Part shown: positions 40,393 to 49,789 of the stretch, one piece after another
Position numbering within the stretch: position 1 is the stretch's first letter
Layout: every line of letters starts with the position of its first letter
Origin: Halarcobacter sp.
Lineage (GTDB): Bacteria > Campylobacterota > Campylobacteria > Campylobacterales > Arcobacteraceae
Direction of reading: 5' to 3'
Length of the DNA: 64,000 bases
NCBI GenBank assembly: GCA_048571215.1
Contig: CP182352.1
Location: 32,001-96,000, forward strand
The notes under the pieces: generated by a model
The model's input: only the letters and a program-made list of their open reading frames with translations
What the model was told of the DNA's origin: nothing
Databases searched by the model: none
Program-made: the position numbers and the translations under genes

Positions 40393-41052
40393 CTAATGAG
40401 GTCTTTCAACCATATACCCAATACCTCTAATGTTTATAATAAAATCCTCTTTTAGAACTTTTTTTACTCTATTTACTTCTGCTCTTATTGTTGCATTATC
40501 TATATAGTCATCGTTCCATACATAATCCCTAAACATATCATAATTACAAACCAAACTTCTATTTGCTGCAAGCAAGTCTATTATTTGTATTTGTCTTTTA
40601 GGTAAAATTTGAGGCTCATTATTAAACAATAAAATCATATTTTTTGAATCATAACTATAAGATTTTGATAATCTTTTATGTTCTTGTGGAACAATATTTG
40701 TTTTTAGAATTTTATTTATTCTAAGGGTTAGTTCTTTTAAATGAAAAGGTTTTTTTAGATAATCGTGACAACCTATATCAAAAGCTCTTGTAATATCTTC
40801 AATATCTATTAGTGCAGATATAAAAATAGTAGGTACCATCCTTTTTTGTTTATGTAAATCTTCTAAAATAGATATTCCATCTTGATCTGGAACATTTATA
40901 TCAAATACTAAGAGGTCAAATTTATCTTCTGCTAAAGCTTCTTTACATGAATTCCCATCAGTTACTGAAATAACTTTATGTCCAGTTGAATTAAGATATT
41001 GAGTTATTGCTTTATTTAACATAATATCATCTTCTAATAGTAATATTTTCAT
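40393..41052 (-). CDS. OmpR/PhoB-family response regulator
   Basis: LLEDD, FDINVPD, DYLKKPF receiver motifs; winged helix ending NIRGIGY. Confidence 0.92.
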   Translation of the reverse strand: MKILLLEDDIMLNKAITQYLNSTGHKVISVTDGNSCKEALAEDKFDLLVFDINVPDQDGISILEDLHKQKRMVPTIFISALIDIEDITRAFDIGCHDYLKKPFHLKELTLRINKILKTNIVPQEHKRLSKSYSYDSKNMILLFNNEPQILPKRQIQIIDLLAANRSLVCNYDMFRDYVWNDDYIDNATIRAEVNRVKKVLKEDFIINIRGIGYMVERPH

Positions 41053-42944
41053 TTAGATCCTTTAAATAAATAAGTAAAACTTGTTTGTTCTGAATTTGAT
41101 TTTACATCTATGGATACATTCTCTTCCTCACAAATTCTTTTAACTAAATTTAATCCTAGCCCAAAACCATCTTTTGAATGCTCTTCTCTATAATATTCAT
41201 CAAATATTTTTTCCGGTTCTTGAATTCTTTTTGAATGACTAGCAACTGAAAATATAATGTTTTGTTTATCTTTCATAAGATCAACTTCTATACTCTCTCC
41301 TTCATAAGTATATTTAATAGCATTTGTTAAGGAGTTATCAATTATCCTTTGCAGTTTAGTCTCACTAAATTCTATTATAATTTTTGTAGCATTTGTTCTA
41401 AAAATAAATTCAGAATTTGTCATATTTGTAGCAACATTTTTAAAAAATTCTATTCTACTTCTAAGGTAATCTATAAAATCTATTGAATAAACTTTATATT
41501 CAATTTGATCTTTTTTCACTAAATAACTCAAGTCATCATATATGGAGAAGATGTTTTTAACTGCAACTTCAATATTTTCTAAATAGATACTTTTCCCATG
41601 TTCCATCTCATGTAGATCAATATTACTTACAATAACAGACAAAGGGGTATTTGTTTCATGAACAGAATGTTTTAAAAATATTTTTTGATTTTTTAAAAGT
41701 TGTTCAGAATATGCTATTTGTTTTTCTAAAGCTTTAGATTGCTCATTTTGGTCTCTTGCACTTTGTTGAATAAGGTTTGTCAATGCTTGAATAGTTCTTG
41801 CATATGAAAGATCTTGAGGGTTAACCATATTATTGGAAGGGGCAATTTTTTTATTTAGGTGGGGATTTTCCGATAAACCAACTAAAGTAATAGTTTGGTT
41901 CATAAGTTTGTTTTGTTTATTTGTATGGAAAAACTCAGCATAAGTAAAAAATCCAGAAGTTGTAGATATAGAAGCAAAGGGATCAATCTCTATTTTTGTT
42001 AAGTTTTGCATATATCTACGTCTTGCCATGCACGAGTATACAAAAAAAGTTTCAGAGGGTTGTGATTCTATATTTTTTAGATAATCAAAAGGTGTATTGA
42101 TAATTCTTTCAGCATCTGCAAATCCAAGTCTTACTTTATCTCCTTCATATAAACCACCTGCACAACCTAAGCTTCCATCGGGATATTTTGTAACAGTTGC
42201 CCTTGCTATAAAAATACCATCTCTTTGGACGATTAGAGGAAACTCAGTAAAAGTAGCTAGATTTCCACCACCTAAATATTTTTCATAAAAATCTATGGCT
42301 TTCATTCCTGAAATCTCATAAATTCTATTACCCTCTATTTTATCAATAGTATGTTCTATCCCTATTGGAGACCAACCATGTTTAATGTCATTTGCAACTT
42401 GAAGTACATCAGAGTTTAAAGATACGGCAACTGCACCTTGGCTAATAACTGTTGTACCTAAGCTAATATAAGTTTTTTGAAATTTTCCATTATCACCAGC
42501 CATTCCACCACAAACCATAGTTGAGTCACTATAAGAGTTTATCCCATTTAGATATTTTTCACCATCTGTTGAAGTACTATCTGTAAACGATATAATTAGT
42601 TTTGAATTTGGTGTAACTATATCTTGTGCTATCTCATAACCATTTTTAAAAGAGTCATCATTATTTTTATATGAACCTTTTATTGTAGTATTTTCAAAAA
42701 CGCAGATTGCTATTATAGTTTTTAGTGTTGAAACTTCTCCATCTCTTATCTCCCCATCTGTTGTGCTACCTATACAAATAGCTTGGGGAATATTTTCTTG
42801 TAGTAATTTTGTTAAATATTGAAGTGTACTTACATTTTGACCACAAAATATTTGAACTAAGATATTTTTTTCATTTTCAAATAGCTTGTAATCTATTTTA
42901 TTTTCAAATTGATTGTTTTCATAAGTATAATTGTATGTTTTCAT
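41049..42944 (-). CDS. Soluble FIST-domain sensor histidine kinase
   Basis: FIST motifs GSTTDGEI, GGMAGD, YSCMARR, GFFTYAEF; H-box HETNTPL, NAIKY, GFGLGL; no TM helix seen. Confidence 0.88.
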   Translation of the reverse strand: MKTYNYTYENNQFENKIDYKLFENEKNILVQIFCGQNVSTLQYLTKLLQENIPQAICIGSTTDGEIRDGEVSTLKTIIAICVFENTTIKGSYKNNDDSFKNGYEIAQDIVTPNSKLIISFTDSTSTDGEKYLNGINSYSDSTMVCGGMAGDNGKFQKTYISLGTTVISQGAVAVSLNSDVLQVANDIKHGWSPIGIEHTIDKIEGNRIYEISGMKAIDFYEKYLGGGNLATFTEFPLIVQRDGIFIARATVTKYPDGSLGCAGGLYEGDKVRLGFADAERIINTPFDYLKNIESQPSETFFVYSCMARRRYMQNLTKIEIDPFASISTTSGFFTYAEFFHTNKQNKLMNQTITLVGLSENPHLNKKIAPSNNMVNPQDLSYARTIQALTNLIQQSARDQNEQSKALEKQIAYSEQLLKNQKIFLKHSVHETNTPLSVIVSNIDLHEMEHGKSIYLENIEVAVKNIFSIYDDLSYLVKKDQIEYKVYSIDFIDYLRSRIEFFKNVATNMTNSEFIFRTNATKIIIEFSETKLQRIIDNSLTNAIKYTYEGESIEVDLMKDKQNIIFSVASHSKRIQEPEKIFDEYYREEHSKDGFGLGLNLVKRICEEENVSIDVKSNSEQTSFTYLFKGSK

Positions 42945-43058
42945 ATTGTAATTGTAACATAAAAATTGAATAATTTTTATAAAAATATCAATAAAATTAA
43001 AATGCTATTTTATTGCTACTAATGCCATAATATAGGGATTTGTTGACTAAAATACTTC

Positions 43059-43125
43059 GCTATATTCACGCTATATTAAAGATTATTTTTTTGGCTATAT
43101 TGAGGCTATAATTATAGAGTAAACT
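43059..43125 (+). promoter_or_regulatory. Tandem regulon boxes and promoter of the aldehyde dehydrogenase gene
   Basis: GCTATATTCACGCTATA (43059-43075); GCTATATTGAGGCTATA (43094-43110), 9 nt, TAAACT (43120-43125). Confidence 0.8.
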
Positions 43126-43191
43126 TTCATTACAGAAAAAGTTTGCTTGACAAAATTTTTCATGTTATTAATATTTATAAAAGGAAAAAAA

Positions 43192-44688
43192 ATGGTATAT
43201 AGTAAACCAACATACAAACCTCAATATGAAAACTTTATTGGGGGAGAATGGGTAGCTCCAAAAAGTGGTGAATATTTTGATAATATTTCTCCTGTTGATG
43301 GGGATGTTTTAACAAGAATTCCAAGATCAAATGAAGAGGATGTTGAGTTAGCAGTGCAAGCAGCTAAAACTGCATTTGAATCTTATAAACACTCTTCAGT
43401 TATTGAAAGAAGTACCTTATTAAATAAGATTGCAGATGCAATTGAAGCTAACTTAGAAGCTCTTGCTATTGCCGAAACATTAGATAATGGTAAAACTATT
43501 AGAGAAACATTAAATGCAGATGTTCCTTTAGTTGTAGATCATTTTAGATATTTTGCATCTGTTATTAGAGCAGAGTCTGGTACAGTTTCAGATTTAGATG
43601 AAAATACTATTTCTCAAGAGATTTATGAGCCATATGGTGTTGTTGCACAAATTATTCCATGGAATTTCCCATTATTAATGGCAGCTTGGAAAATTGCACC
43701 TGCATTGGCAGCTGGAAATACAATTGTTATGAAACCTGCATCTGCTACTCCAAAATCTATTATCCTTTTAATGGAAACAATTCAAGATGTTCTTCCAAAA
43801 GGTTTAGTAAATATTATTAATGGTTCAGGTGGAAAAATTGGTAAATACCTTTCAACTCACCCAGATATTAAAAAAGTTGGATTTACAGGGGAAACTACAA
43901 CAGGTCAGTTAATTATGCAATATGCGACTGAAAATATTATTCCATCTACCTTAGAACTTGGTGGAAAATCTCCAAATATCTTCTTTGAATCAATTATGGA
44001 TGCTGATGATGAGTTCTTTGATAAAGCAATTGAAGGTCTTGTATTATTTGCATTTAACTCAGGTGAAGTTTGTACTTGTCCTTCAAGAGCATTAATCCAA
44101 GAGTCTATTTATGAGCCATTTATGAAAAGAGTATTAGAAAGAATTGAAGCTATTAAATTAGGAGATCCTTTAGATACTGAAAATATGATGGGTGCTCAAT
44201 GTTCTTTAAATCAAAAAGAGAAAATTTTAGAGTATATTAAAATAGGTAAAGAAGAGGGTGCTGAGTGTTTAATTGGTGGTGATGTTTATGAGTCTGCAAA
44301 ACATCCAAATGGATTTTATATTAAACCAACAGTATTTAAAGGTCATAACAAAATGAGAATCTTCCAAGAAGAGATTTTTGGACCAGTTCTTGCTGTTACT
44401 ACTTTTAAAGATGAAGAAGAAGCAATTGAGATTGCAAATGATACAATCTATGGATTAGGATCAGGTGTATGGTCAAGGGATGCACACCAATTACATAAAA
44501 TGTCTAGAGCTATTGAAGCTGGACGTGTATGGGTTAATTGTTATCACTTATACCCATCTCATGCATCATTTGGTGGATATAAAAAATCTGGTATTGGTAG
44601 AGAAACTCATATGATGATGTTAAACTCTTATAGACATACTAAAAATATCTTAACTTCATATAGTAAAGATGCTTTAGGATTCTTTTAA
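43192..44688 (+). CDS. NAD-dependent aldehyde dehydrogenase (AldB/ExaC/PedI-like)
   Basis: IIPWNFP, FTGETTTG, LELGGKSP, GEVCTCPSR, EEIFGPV; start ATG 43192 after AAGGA. Confidence 0.93.
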   Translation: MVYSKPTYKPQYENFIGGEWVAPKSGEYFDNISPVDGDVLTRIPRSNEEDVELAVQAAKTAFESYKHSSVIERSTLLNKIADAIEANLEALAIAETLDNGKTIRETLNADVPLVVDHFRYFASVIRAESGTVSDLDENTISQEIYEPYGVVAQIIPWNFPLLMAAWKIAPALAAGNTIVMKPASATPKSIILLMETIQDVLPKGLVNIINGSGGKIGKYLSTHPDIKKVGFTGETTTGQLIMQYATENIIPSTLELGGKSPNIFFESIMDADDEFFDKAIEGLVLFAFNSGEVCTCPSRALIQESIYEPFMKRVLERIEAIKLGDPLDTENMMGAQCSLNQKEKILEYIKIGKEEGAECLIGGDVYESAKHPNGFYIKPTVFKGHNKMRIFQEEIFGPVLAVTTFKDEEEAIEIANDTIYGLGSGVWSRDAHQLHKMSRAIEAGRVWVNCYHLYPSHASFGGYKKSGIGRETHMMMLNSYRHTKNILTSYSKDALGFF

Positions 44689-44696
44689 TAGATAAA

Positions 44697-44719
44697 TTTG
44701 TAGGGGTCTCCCCTACAAA
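44697..44719 (+). terminator. GC-rich hairpin after the aldehyde dehydrogenase gene (terminator or stabiliser)
   Basis: TTTGTAGGGG-TCT-CCCCTACAAA perfect 10-bp stem. Confidence 0.6.
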
Positions 44720-44743
44720 AAATATAATGATTGGAGCAAAATT

Positions 44744-45124
44744 ATGGATACTCAAAGATTAAAAGTTACCAAAGAAGCGGAAGAAGTAGTTGAAATGTTA
44801 AAAAAAGAGCATGGAGAACTAGTCTTTAATCAAAGTGGTGGATGTTGTGATGGTACTGCTCCAATGTGTTATGAAAAAAGCGATTTTTATGTACCAAGTA
44901 GAAATATAAAATTGGGTGAAATCTGTGGTTGCGAATTTTTCATAGATAAAGATCAATTTGAGTATTTTAGACATTCTCAAATCATTATTGACGTAAAAGA
45001 GGAAAAATCTGCCTTTGGTAACTCTTTTTCATTGGAGATTGATATGGGATATCAATTTATCACTAGATCAAGAATATTCACAGATGAAGAGTATAATGAA
45101 TTAAAATCTAAAGAAGAGATTTGA
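44744..45124 (+). CDS. DUF779 family protein
   Basis: QSGGCCDGTAPMC, FSLE; usual partner of AldB-type genes. Confidence 0.88.
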   Translation: MDTQRLKVTKEAEEVVEMLKKEHGELVFNQSGGCCDGTAPMCYEKSDFYVPSRNIKLGEICGCEFFIDKDQFEYFRHSQIIIDVKEEKSAFGNSFSLEIDMGYQFITRSRIFTDEEYNELKSKEEI

Positions 45125-45142
45125 TTTAGAAAATTTAAAATG

Positions 45143-46159
45143 CTACTTTTTGATTTGTAGCATTTTAAATCTATCTCCCATTCCTGTTGGTTCAAGTAGA
45201 GTTTTAACCTTTTGAGACTCTCTTAAATAGGTATTATCATCTACATTTTGTTTTAAAATTTCCAGTAAATCAACTATTCCAAACTCTATCAAAGCTTGCA
45301 TTTGGGTACCATAAACGATATCTTTTACTTTATTATCTTTAAATAAATCAATCAAGTGATTAAAAAAAACATCATAGGTTATATCAGAAGTTTTATAGTA
45401 TTTTTCTAAATCTAAATTATCCTCAAATATTGGGAAAACTTCATGTCTTGAGTAGATTCTGCTTGAAAAATCATTTCTTGGGTATTGATCTCCATAATCA
45501 AAGGTTATAAATTCAAAGTTTTTAATATTTTTGCATAAAGTGTTTATAAACTCCTCATAACCAAGAGCAATCTCACCTTTTGAAATAGAATATTTTTTAC
45601 AATGATTTATGATATTTTCATCATCACATTTTTCAAAAAAGATTTTATGGTTTTCTACATATGCCATTTGTAAAATATCATCTTTTGTGTAAACTAGTTC
45701 AGAAGGGAAAGCATCAAATATCTCGTTTGCTACAATAAAAGCTGAGTTTAGTTTTACCTCTTTAATATCATCATAATGAATTAAATTGATTTTGTCCTCA
45801 AAAGAGTCTTTAAAATATTGCTTTTGGTGTTTTTGCAAGTGGGAAAACCTCTCTACAATTGCAAAATTAAGGGTATCTAGTAATTTGGGATTTAAGGTAT
45901 AAATAAATTGAATAATATCTGCTAGTAAATACCCATGATGAGCACCAATTTCTAAGATAGTACAGTTATTTGCTAACTCATTATTTGCTATGGCATCAAC
46001 TATTCTTTTTCCTATAGTTCCCCCAAAAAAAGGTGAGATAGATACTGCTGTATAAAAATCACCCCCTTTACCGATTTGTTTATATTTACTATAATATCCA
46101 TCATCCGCATAAAGCCAAGTATTAATATATTTGCTAAATTTTATTTTTTGATTATCCAT
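45143..46159 (-). CDS. SAM-dependent methyltransferase (MidA/NDUFAF7 family)
   Basis: GYYS, IGKGGDFYTAVS, EIGAHHG, ANEIFDAFP, MGDRFK. Confidence 0.85.
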   Translation of the reverse strand: MDNQKIKFSKYINTWLYADDGYYSKYKQIGKGGDFYTAVSISPFFGGTIGKRIVDAIANNELANNCTILEIGAHHGYLLADIIQFIYTLNPKLLDTLNFAIVERFSHLQKHQKQYFKDSFEDKINLIHYDDIKEVKLNSAFIVANEIFDAFPSELVYTKDDILQMAYVENHKIFFEKCDDENIINHCKKYSISKGEIALGYEEFINTLCKNIKNFEFITFDYGDQYPRNDFSSRIYSRHEVFPIFEDNLDLEKYYKTSDITYDVFFNHLIDLFKDNKVKDIVYGTQMQALIEFGIVDLLEILKQNVDDNTYLRESQKVKTLLEPTGMGDRFKMLQIKK

Positions 46160-46188
46160 AATAGTAGTTTAGCAAACTTTTTTTTAAT

Positions 46189-46926
46189 TTAGTTTACGCA
46201 AGCATCAACTATTGAATTTTGATCTGCAAATAAATATATTTCAACTCTTCTATTAAGTGCCATATTTTGTATATTTACATTTGGAACTAGAGGTTTATTA
46301 AATGAACACCCTTTTGAAAAGATTTGGTTTGGTATACCACTGTTATATAAAGTGTTTCCTACATTTGAAGCTCTTTGTTCTGAAAGTTTTTGATTATATT
46401 CATAAGAACCTCTACTATCTGTAAACCCTACAACTTGCACAATTGTATTTGGGTATTTTTTTAATACATTAGATATTTTTTCTATTTTTTTTGAAGCCTC
46501 TTGTGTTGGGGTTGAAGAGTTTGTTTTAAATACCATGCTATCCCTTAGCATTATTTTCACATATTTATCAGTATTTGAAACTATTAAATCATTATCAGGA
46601 TTGCTAGCTGCATTTGGATTATTGTTTACATCTGTTTCAAGTTCATTTGCCATCTCTTTTGCTTGTTGATCCATAGTATAACCAACACCACCACCAATCG
46701 CTGCACCAATCGCACCACCTAAAATAACCCTTTTAGCTTTATTGTTACCCTTTGTAGTACCACCAATAAGTGCTCCTAAAAATCCACCTATTAAAGCTCC
46801 TGTTTGTGTTTTATTCATAGAAGTTGAATTATTTTGGGGTTCATTTGGTTGGTTTGTACAACCAGTTAAAAGTGCAAGTGCCAAAGAACTTGCTGCAAGT
46901 TTTTTTAAAATATTTGAATTAATCAT
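46189..46926 (-). CDS. OmpA-family lipoprotein with glycine zipper (YiaD-like)
   Basis: Lipobox LTGC, GAxIG repeats, GFTDSRG, NQKLSEQRA, NRRVEI. Confidence 0.88.
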   Translation of the reverse strand: MINSNILKKLAASSLALALLTGCTNQPNEPQNNSTSMNKTQTGALIGGFLGALIGGTTKGNNKAKRVILGGAIGAAIGGGVGYTMDQQAKEMANELETDVNNNPNAASNPDNDLIVSNTDKYVKIMLRDSMVFKTNSSTPTQEASKKIEKISNVLKKYPNTIVQVVGFTDSRGSYEYNQKLSEQRASNVGNTLYNSGIPNQIFSKGCSFNKPLVPNVNIQNMALNRRVEIYLFADQNSIVDACVN

Positions 46927-47055
46927 AATAAATCCTTTTAGTTAATAAGTGATTATATCATTTATAGGTGAAATTATTGTGAAATTATTATACTAACTTG
47001 TTACTCCATTGTAAACGAATTAAGGTATAATCTAATTTATATTTTATATAAGGAG

Positions 47056-48513
47056 ATGCCCATGGATAAAAGAACAAAAATATTAGCAACTTTAGGGCCA
47101 GCAAGTGATAGTATTGAAGTAATTGAAGGTTTAATAAAAGCTGGAGCAAATCTATTTAGATTGAATTTCTCTCATGGAAGCCATGAATACCATTTAAATA
47201 CATTAAAAAACATTAGAAAAGCAATGGAAAATCTTGATACAACAGTAGCAGTACTACAAGATATTTCAGGTCCAAAAGTTAGAATTGGAGAGTTAAAAGA
47301 GCCTTTTGAGTTAAAAAAAGGTGATGTAATAACTTTTTTAAAACATGAAATTATAGGTTACCAAGAAAAAAGTGATAAGTATGTAGTTTCTATAAATTAT
47401 CCTGAATTACTTAATAAGGTAAAAGAGGGTGAATATATCTATTTATATGATGGAACTATTAGAGCAAAAGTTATTGAAACTGGGGATGAGATAAAAGCAC
47501 AAATTGAAAATCGTGGAAAACTTAGTTCTAAAAAGGGTGTAAACTTTCCAAATACAGTTATTGATATTGATGTTATTACAAAAAAAGATAAAAAAGATAT
47601 CGCTTGGGGTATTGCAAATAAAGTTGATTATTTTGCTATCTCTTTTGTACAAAATAGAAGTGATATGGAACATGCAAGGGAACTTTTAGGAGATTACAAA
47701 GGTAAATTAATTGCAAAGATTGAGAAGTTTGATGCAGTTGCAAATATTGACGAGATTGTAGAAGTTAGTGATGGATTGATGGTTGCTAGGGGTGATTTGG
47801 GAATAGAAGTACCATATTATGAAGTTCCAACTATTCAAAAAAGACTTATCAAAAAAGCAAATGCTGCTTCTATTCCAGTAATAACAGCAACACAAATGCT
47901 TTTATCAATGACTGAAAATGAAAGGGCAACAAGAGCAGAAATCTCAGATGTAGCAAATGCAGTTTTAGATGGAACTGATGTTGTTATGTTAAGTGAAGAG
48001 AGTGCTGTTGGTGTTGATCCAATTAATGTTGTTGAGACTATGAGCAATATTATTATTAAAACAGAAGAGATTTATAAATTTGATAAATACAATGATTTAG
48101 AGTATAAAGATGAGTTTGATGTAATCTATGCAACAGTTACAAAATTAGCAGATGATTTAAAGGCAAAGGGGATTTTAGTTTTAACAAGTACAGGAACATC
48201 TCCTATTAAAATCTCAAGATTTAGACCAAAAACAAAAATCTATGCTTTCTCACACAAAAGAAAAGTTGTTAATTCACTTTGTGGAATTTGGGGTGTTTAT
48301 CCTGTATCTGTAATCAAAGAGGCACAAGCTTCTAAGATGATTCAAAAGATGTTAAAAGAGTTGGATGAAAAAGATTTATTGGATAAAAATGGTCCATATA
48401 TCTGTACAATTGGATATCCTGTTGGAGTACCTGGAAGTACAAATACAATTAAAATTTTAACAGCATCTGAAATAGAATTTTATTTAAATTTTTCAAATAG
48501 TAAGAAGAAGTAA
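47056..48513 (+). CDS. pyk: Pyruvate kinase
   Basis: TKILATLGPAS, RLNFSHG, MVARGDLG, TATQML. Confidence 0.97.
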   Translation: MPMDKRTKILATLGPASDSIEVIEGLIKAGANLFRLNFSHGSHEYHLNTLKNIRKAMENLDTTVAVLQDISGPKVRIGELKEPFELKKGDVITFLKHEIIGYQEKSDKYVVSINYPELLNKVKEGEYIYLYDGTIRAKVIETGDEIKAQIENRGKLSSKKGVNFPNTVIDIDVITKKDKKDIAWGIANKVDYFAISFVQNRSDMEHARELLGDYKGKLIAKIEKFDAVANIDEIVEVSDGLMVARGDLGIEVPYYEVPTIQKRLIKKANAASIPVITATQMLLSMTENERATRAEISDVANAVLDGTDVVMLSEESAVGVDPINVVETMSNIIIKTEEIYKFDKYNDLEYKDEFDVIYATVTKLADDLKAKGILVLTSTGTSPIKISRFRPKTKIYAFSHKRKVVNSLCGIWGVYPVSVIKEAQASKMIQKMLKELDEKDLLDKNGPYICTIGYPVGVPGSTNTIKILTASEIEFYLNFSNSKKK

Positions 48514-48522
48514 ATCTTCTTT

Positions 48523-49581
48523 TTAAAGAGTATTTAGTTCAATTTGAGATTTTACTCTTTTTATCTCTTTTTTTAGTGATTGTTTTAGGGGGATATCTTT
48601 TTCCCCTGCATATTGCCAATTTCCATAATAAGTAGCATCATTGTCTTTATAGTTTTCAAATACAGTCATTGAATCATCTATTTTATTATTGGGAAGATTT
48701 TGTATTTTGGTTAACATTTTTTTATAAATCTCTAACATTTGTTTATCCCAAACTTTCATATCAGCTTCTGATGGAATATATGTATCTTCTCTTGCAAAAA
48801 GCTCTATCTCTTGTATAAGATCTTCATATTTAATTGGTGCAAAATCCAAGAGATTCATTTTATAAAGAAGTCTTGTTCTATTTTTACTATTAAGTTTAAA
48901 TTGAGAATCAAAGTTTTTTATATGTGTTGCAACTTTTTCAAGAACTTTTTCCTTTTCTACAGGCATTGCAGAGTTGATATTTTCCTCTTTTTTATCTACA
49001 TCATTTTTTGGTTTTTCATTTGTTTTTTCTTTTTCTTGGATATTTTTTTCATCTTTTTTAACGGCATTGTTTTTTTCAATTGCAGGTTTTTTAGTATTTT
49101 TTAAATGTTGAATACTTTTTTCTAGATTATCTATTTTATTTATAAGCTCTTTATAGGCTTGAGAATTATTTTCTTTTACATTAAGAGAATTACTTTTTGA
49201 AGAATATAAAAAAAATAAGACTACAGAAGTAATAACTGCTATAGAGATTATAGTACTTATTATTGCTGTAAAGAGAAATTTTTTAGTAGATTTTTTTAGT
49301 TCATTCTGCATATTTTCTCTTGGTTTTCTTATTAATTCATCTATAATTGTTGAGAAGTTTATTTGTTGAAGTTTTTTCAAATCAGCTAAGTTATCTTCAG
49401 CTTCATGCCTTTTTGCTTCTTCATTTTCTGCTATTATTGTAAGTTCTGTTATTTGTTTTTTTAGTATTCCTAATTCTTCATCATAATTAGAGGTGAGGTG
49501 TGATAATTCTTTATAAACCTCTTCCATAGAGTTTGCACCCTCTTTGAATTTATCAAGTATTGAAGAGAAATTAGTATCCAT
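48523..49581 (-). CDS. Hypothetical coiled-coil single-pass membrane protein
   Basis: 352 aa; coiled coil, one TM helix, K/E/N-rich linker. Confidence 0.7.
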   Translation of the reverse strand: MDTNFSSILDKFKEGANSMEEVYKELSHLTSNYDEELGILKKQITELTIIAENEEAKRHEAEDNLADLKKLQQINFSTIIDELIRKPRENMQNELKKSTKKFLFTAIISTIISIAVITSVVLFFLYSSKSNSLNVKENNSQAYKELINKIDNLEKSIQHLKNTKKPAIEKNNAVKKDEKNIQEKEKTNEKPKNDVDKKEENINSAMPVEKEKVLEKVATHIKNFDSQFKLNSKNRTRLLYKMNLLDFAPIKYEDLIQEIELFAREDTYIPSEADMKVWDKQMLEIYKKMLTKIQNLPNNKIDDSMTVFENYKDNDATYYGNWQYAGEKDIPLKQSLKKEIKRVKSQIELNTL

Positions 49582-49789
49582 AGTTATTCCCTATTCTTTT
49601 TTGTAGCTTATATTATGACATAATTTAATTAAAATAAGTTAAATAGATTAATTATTTTTTTTATTTGATGGTAATGTTATTTTGAATTGAGCTCCTATAC
49701 AAACATAGTTTTTTGTTTTTTATAATTATTATTTTATCATCAATATCAATATATTTTAATACATCTTTTGAATTATCTATTAAATTTAA

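Noticed and set aside
23383..43110. GCTATA repeats as CRISPR or REP elements
   Set aside because: Dispersed single copies at fixed promoter positions; no array, spacers or cas genes.
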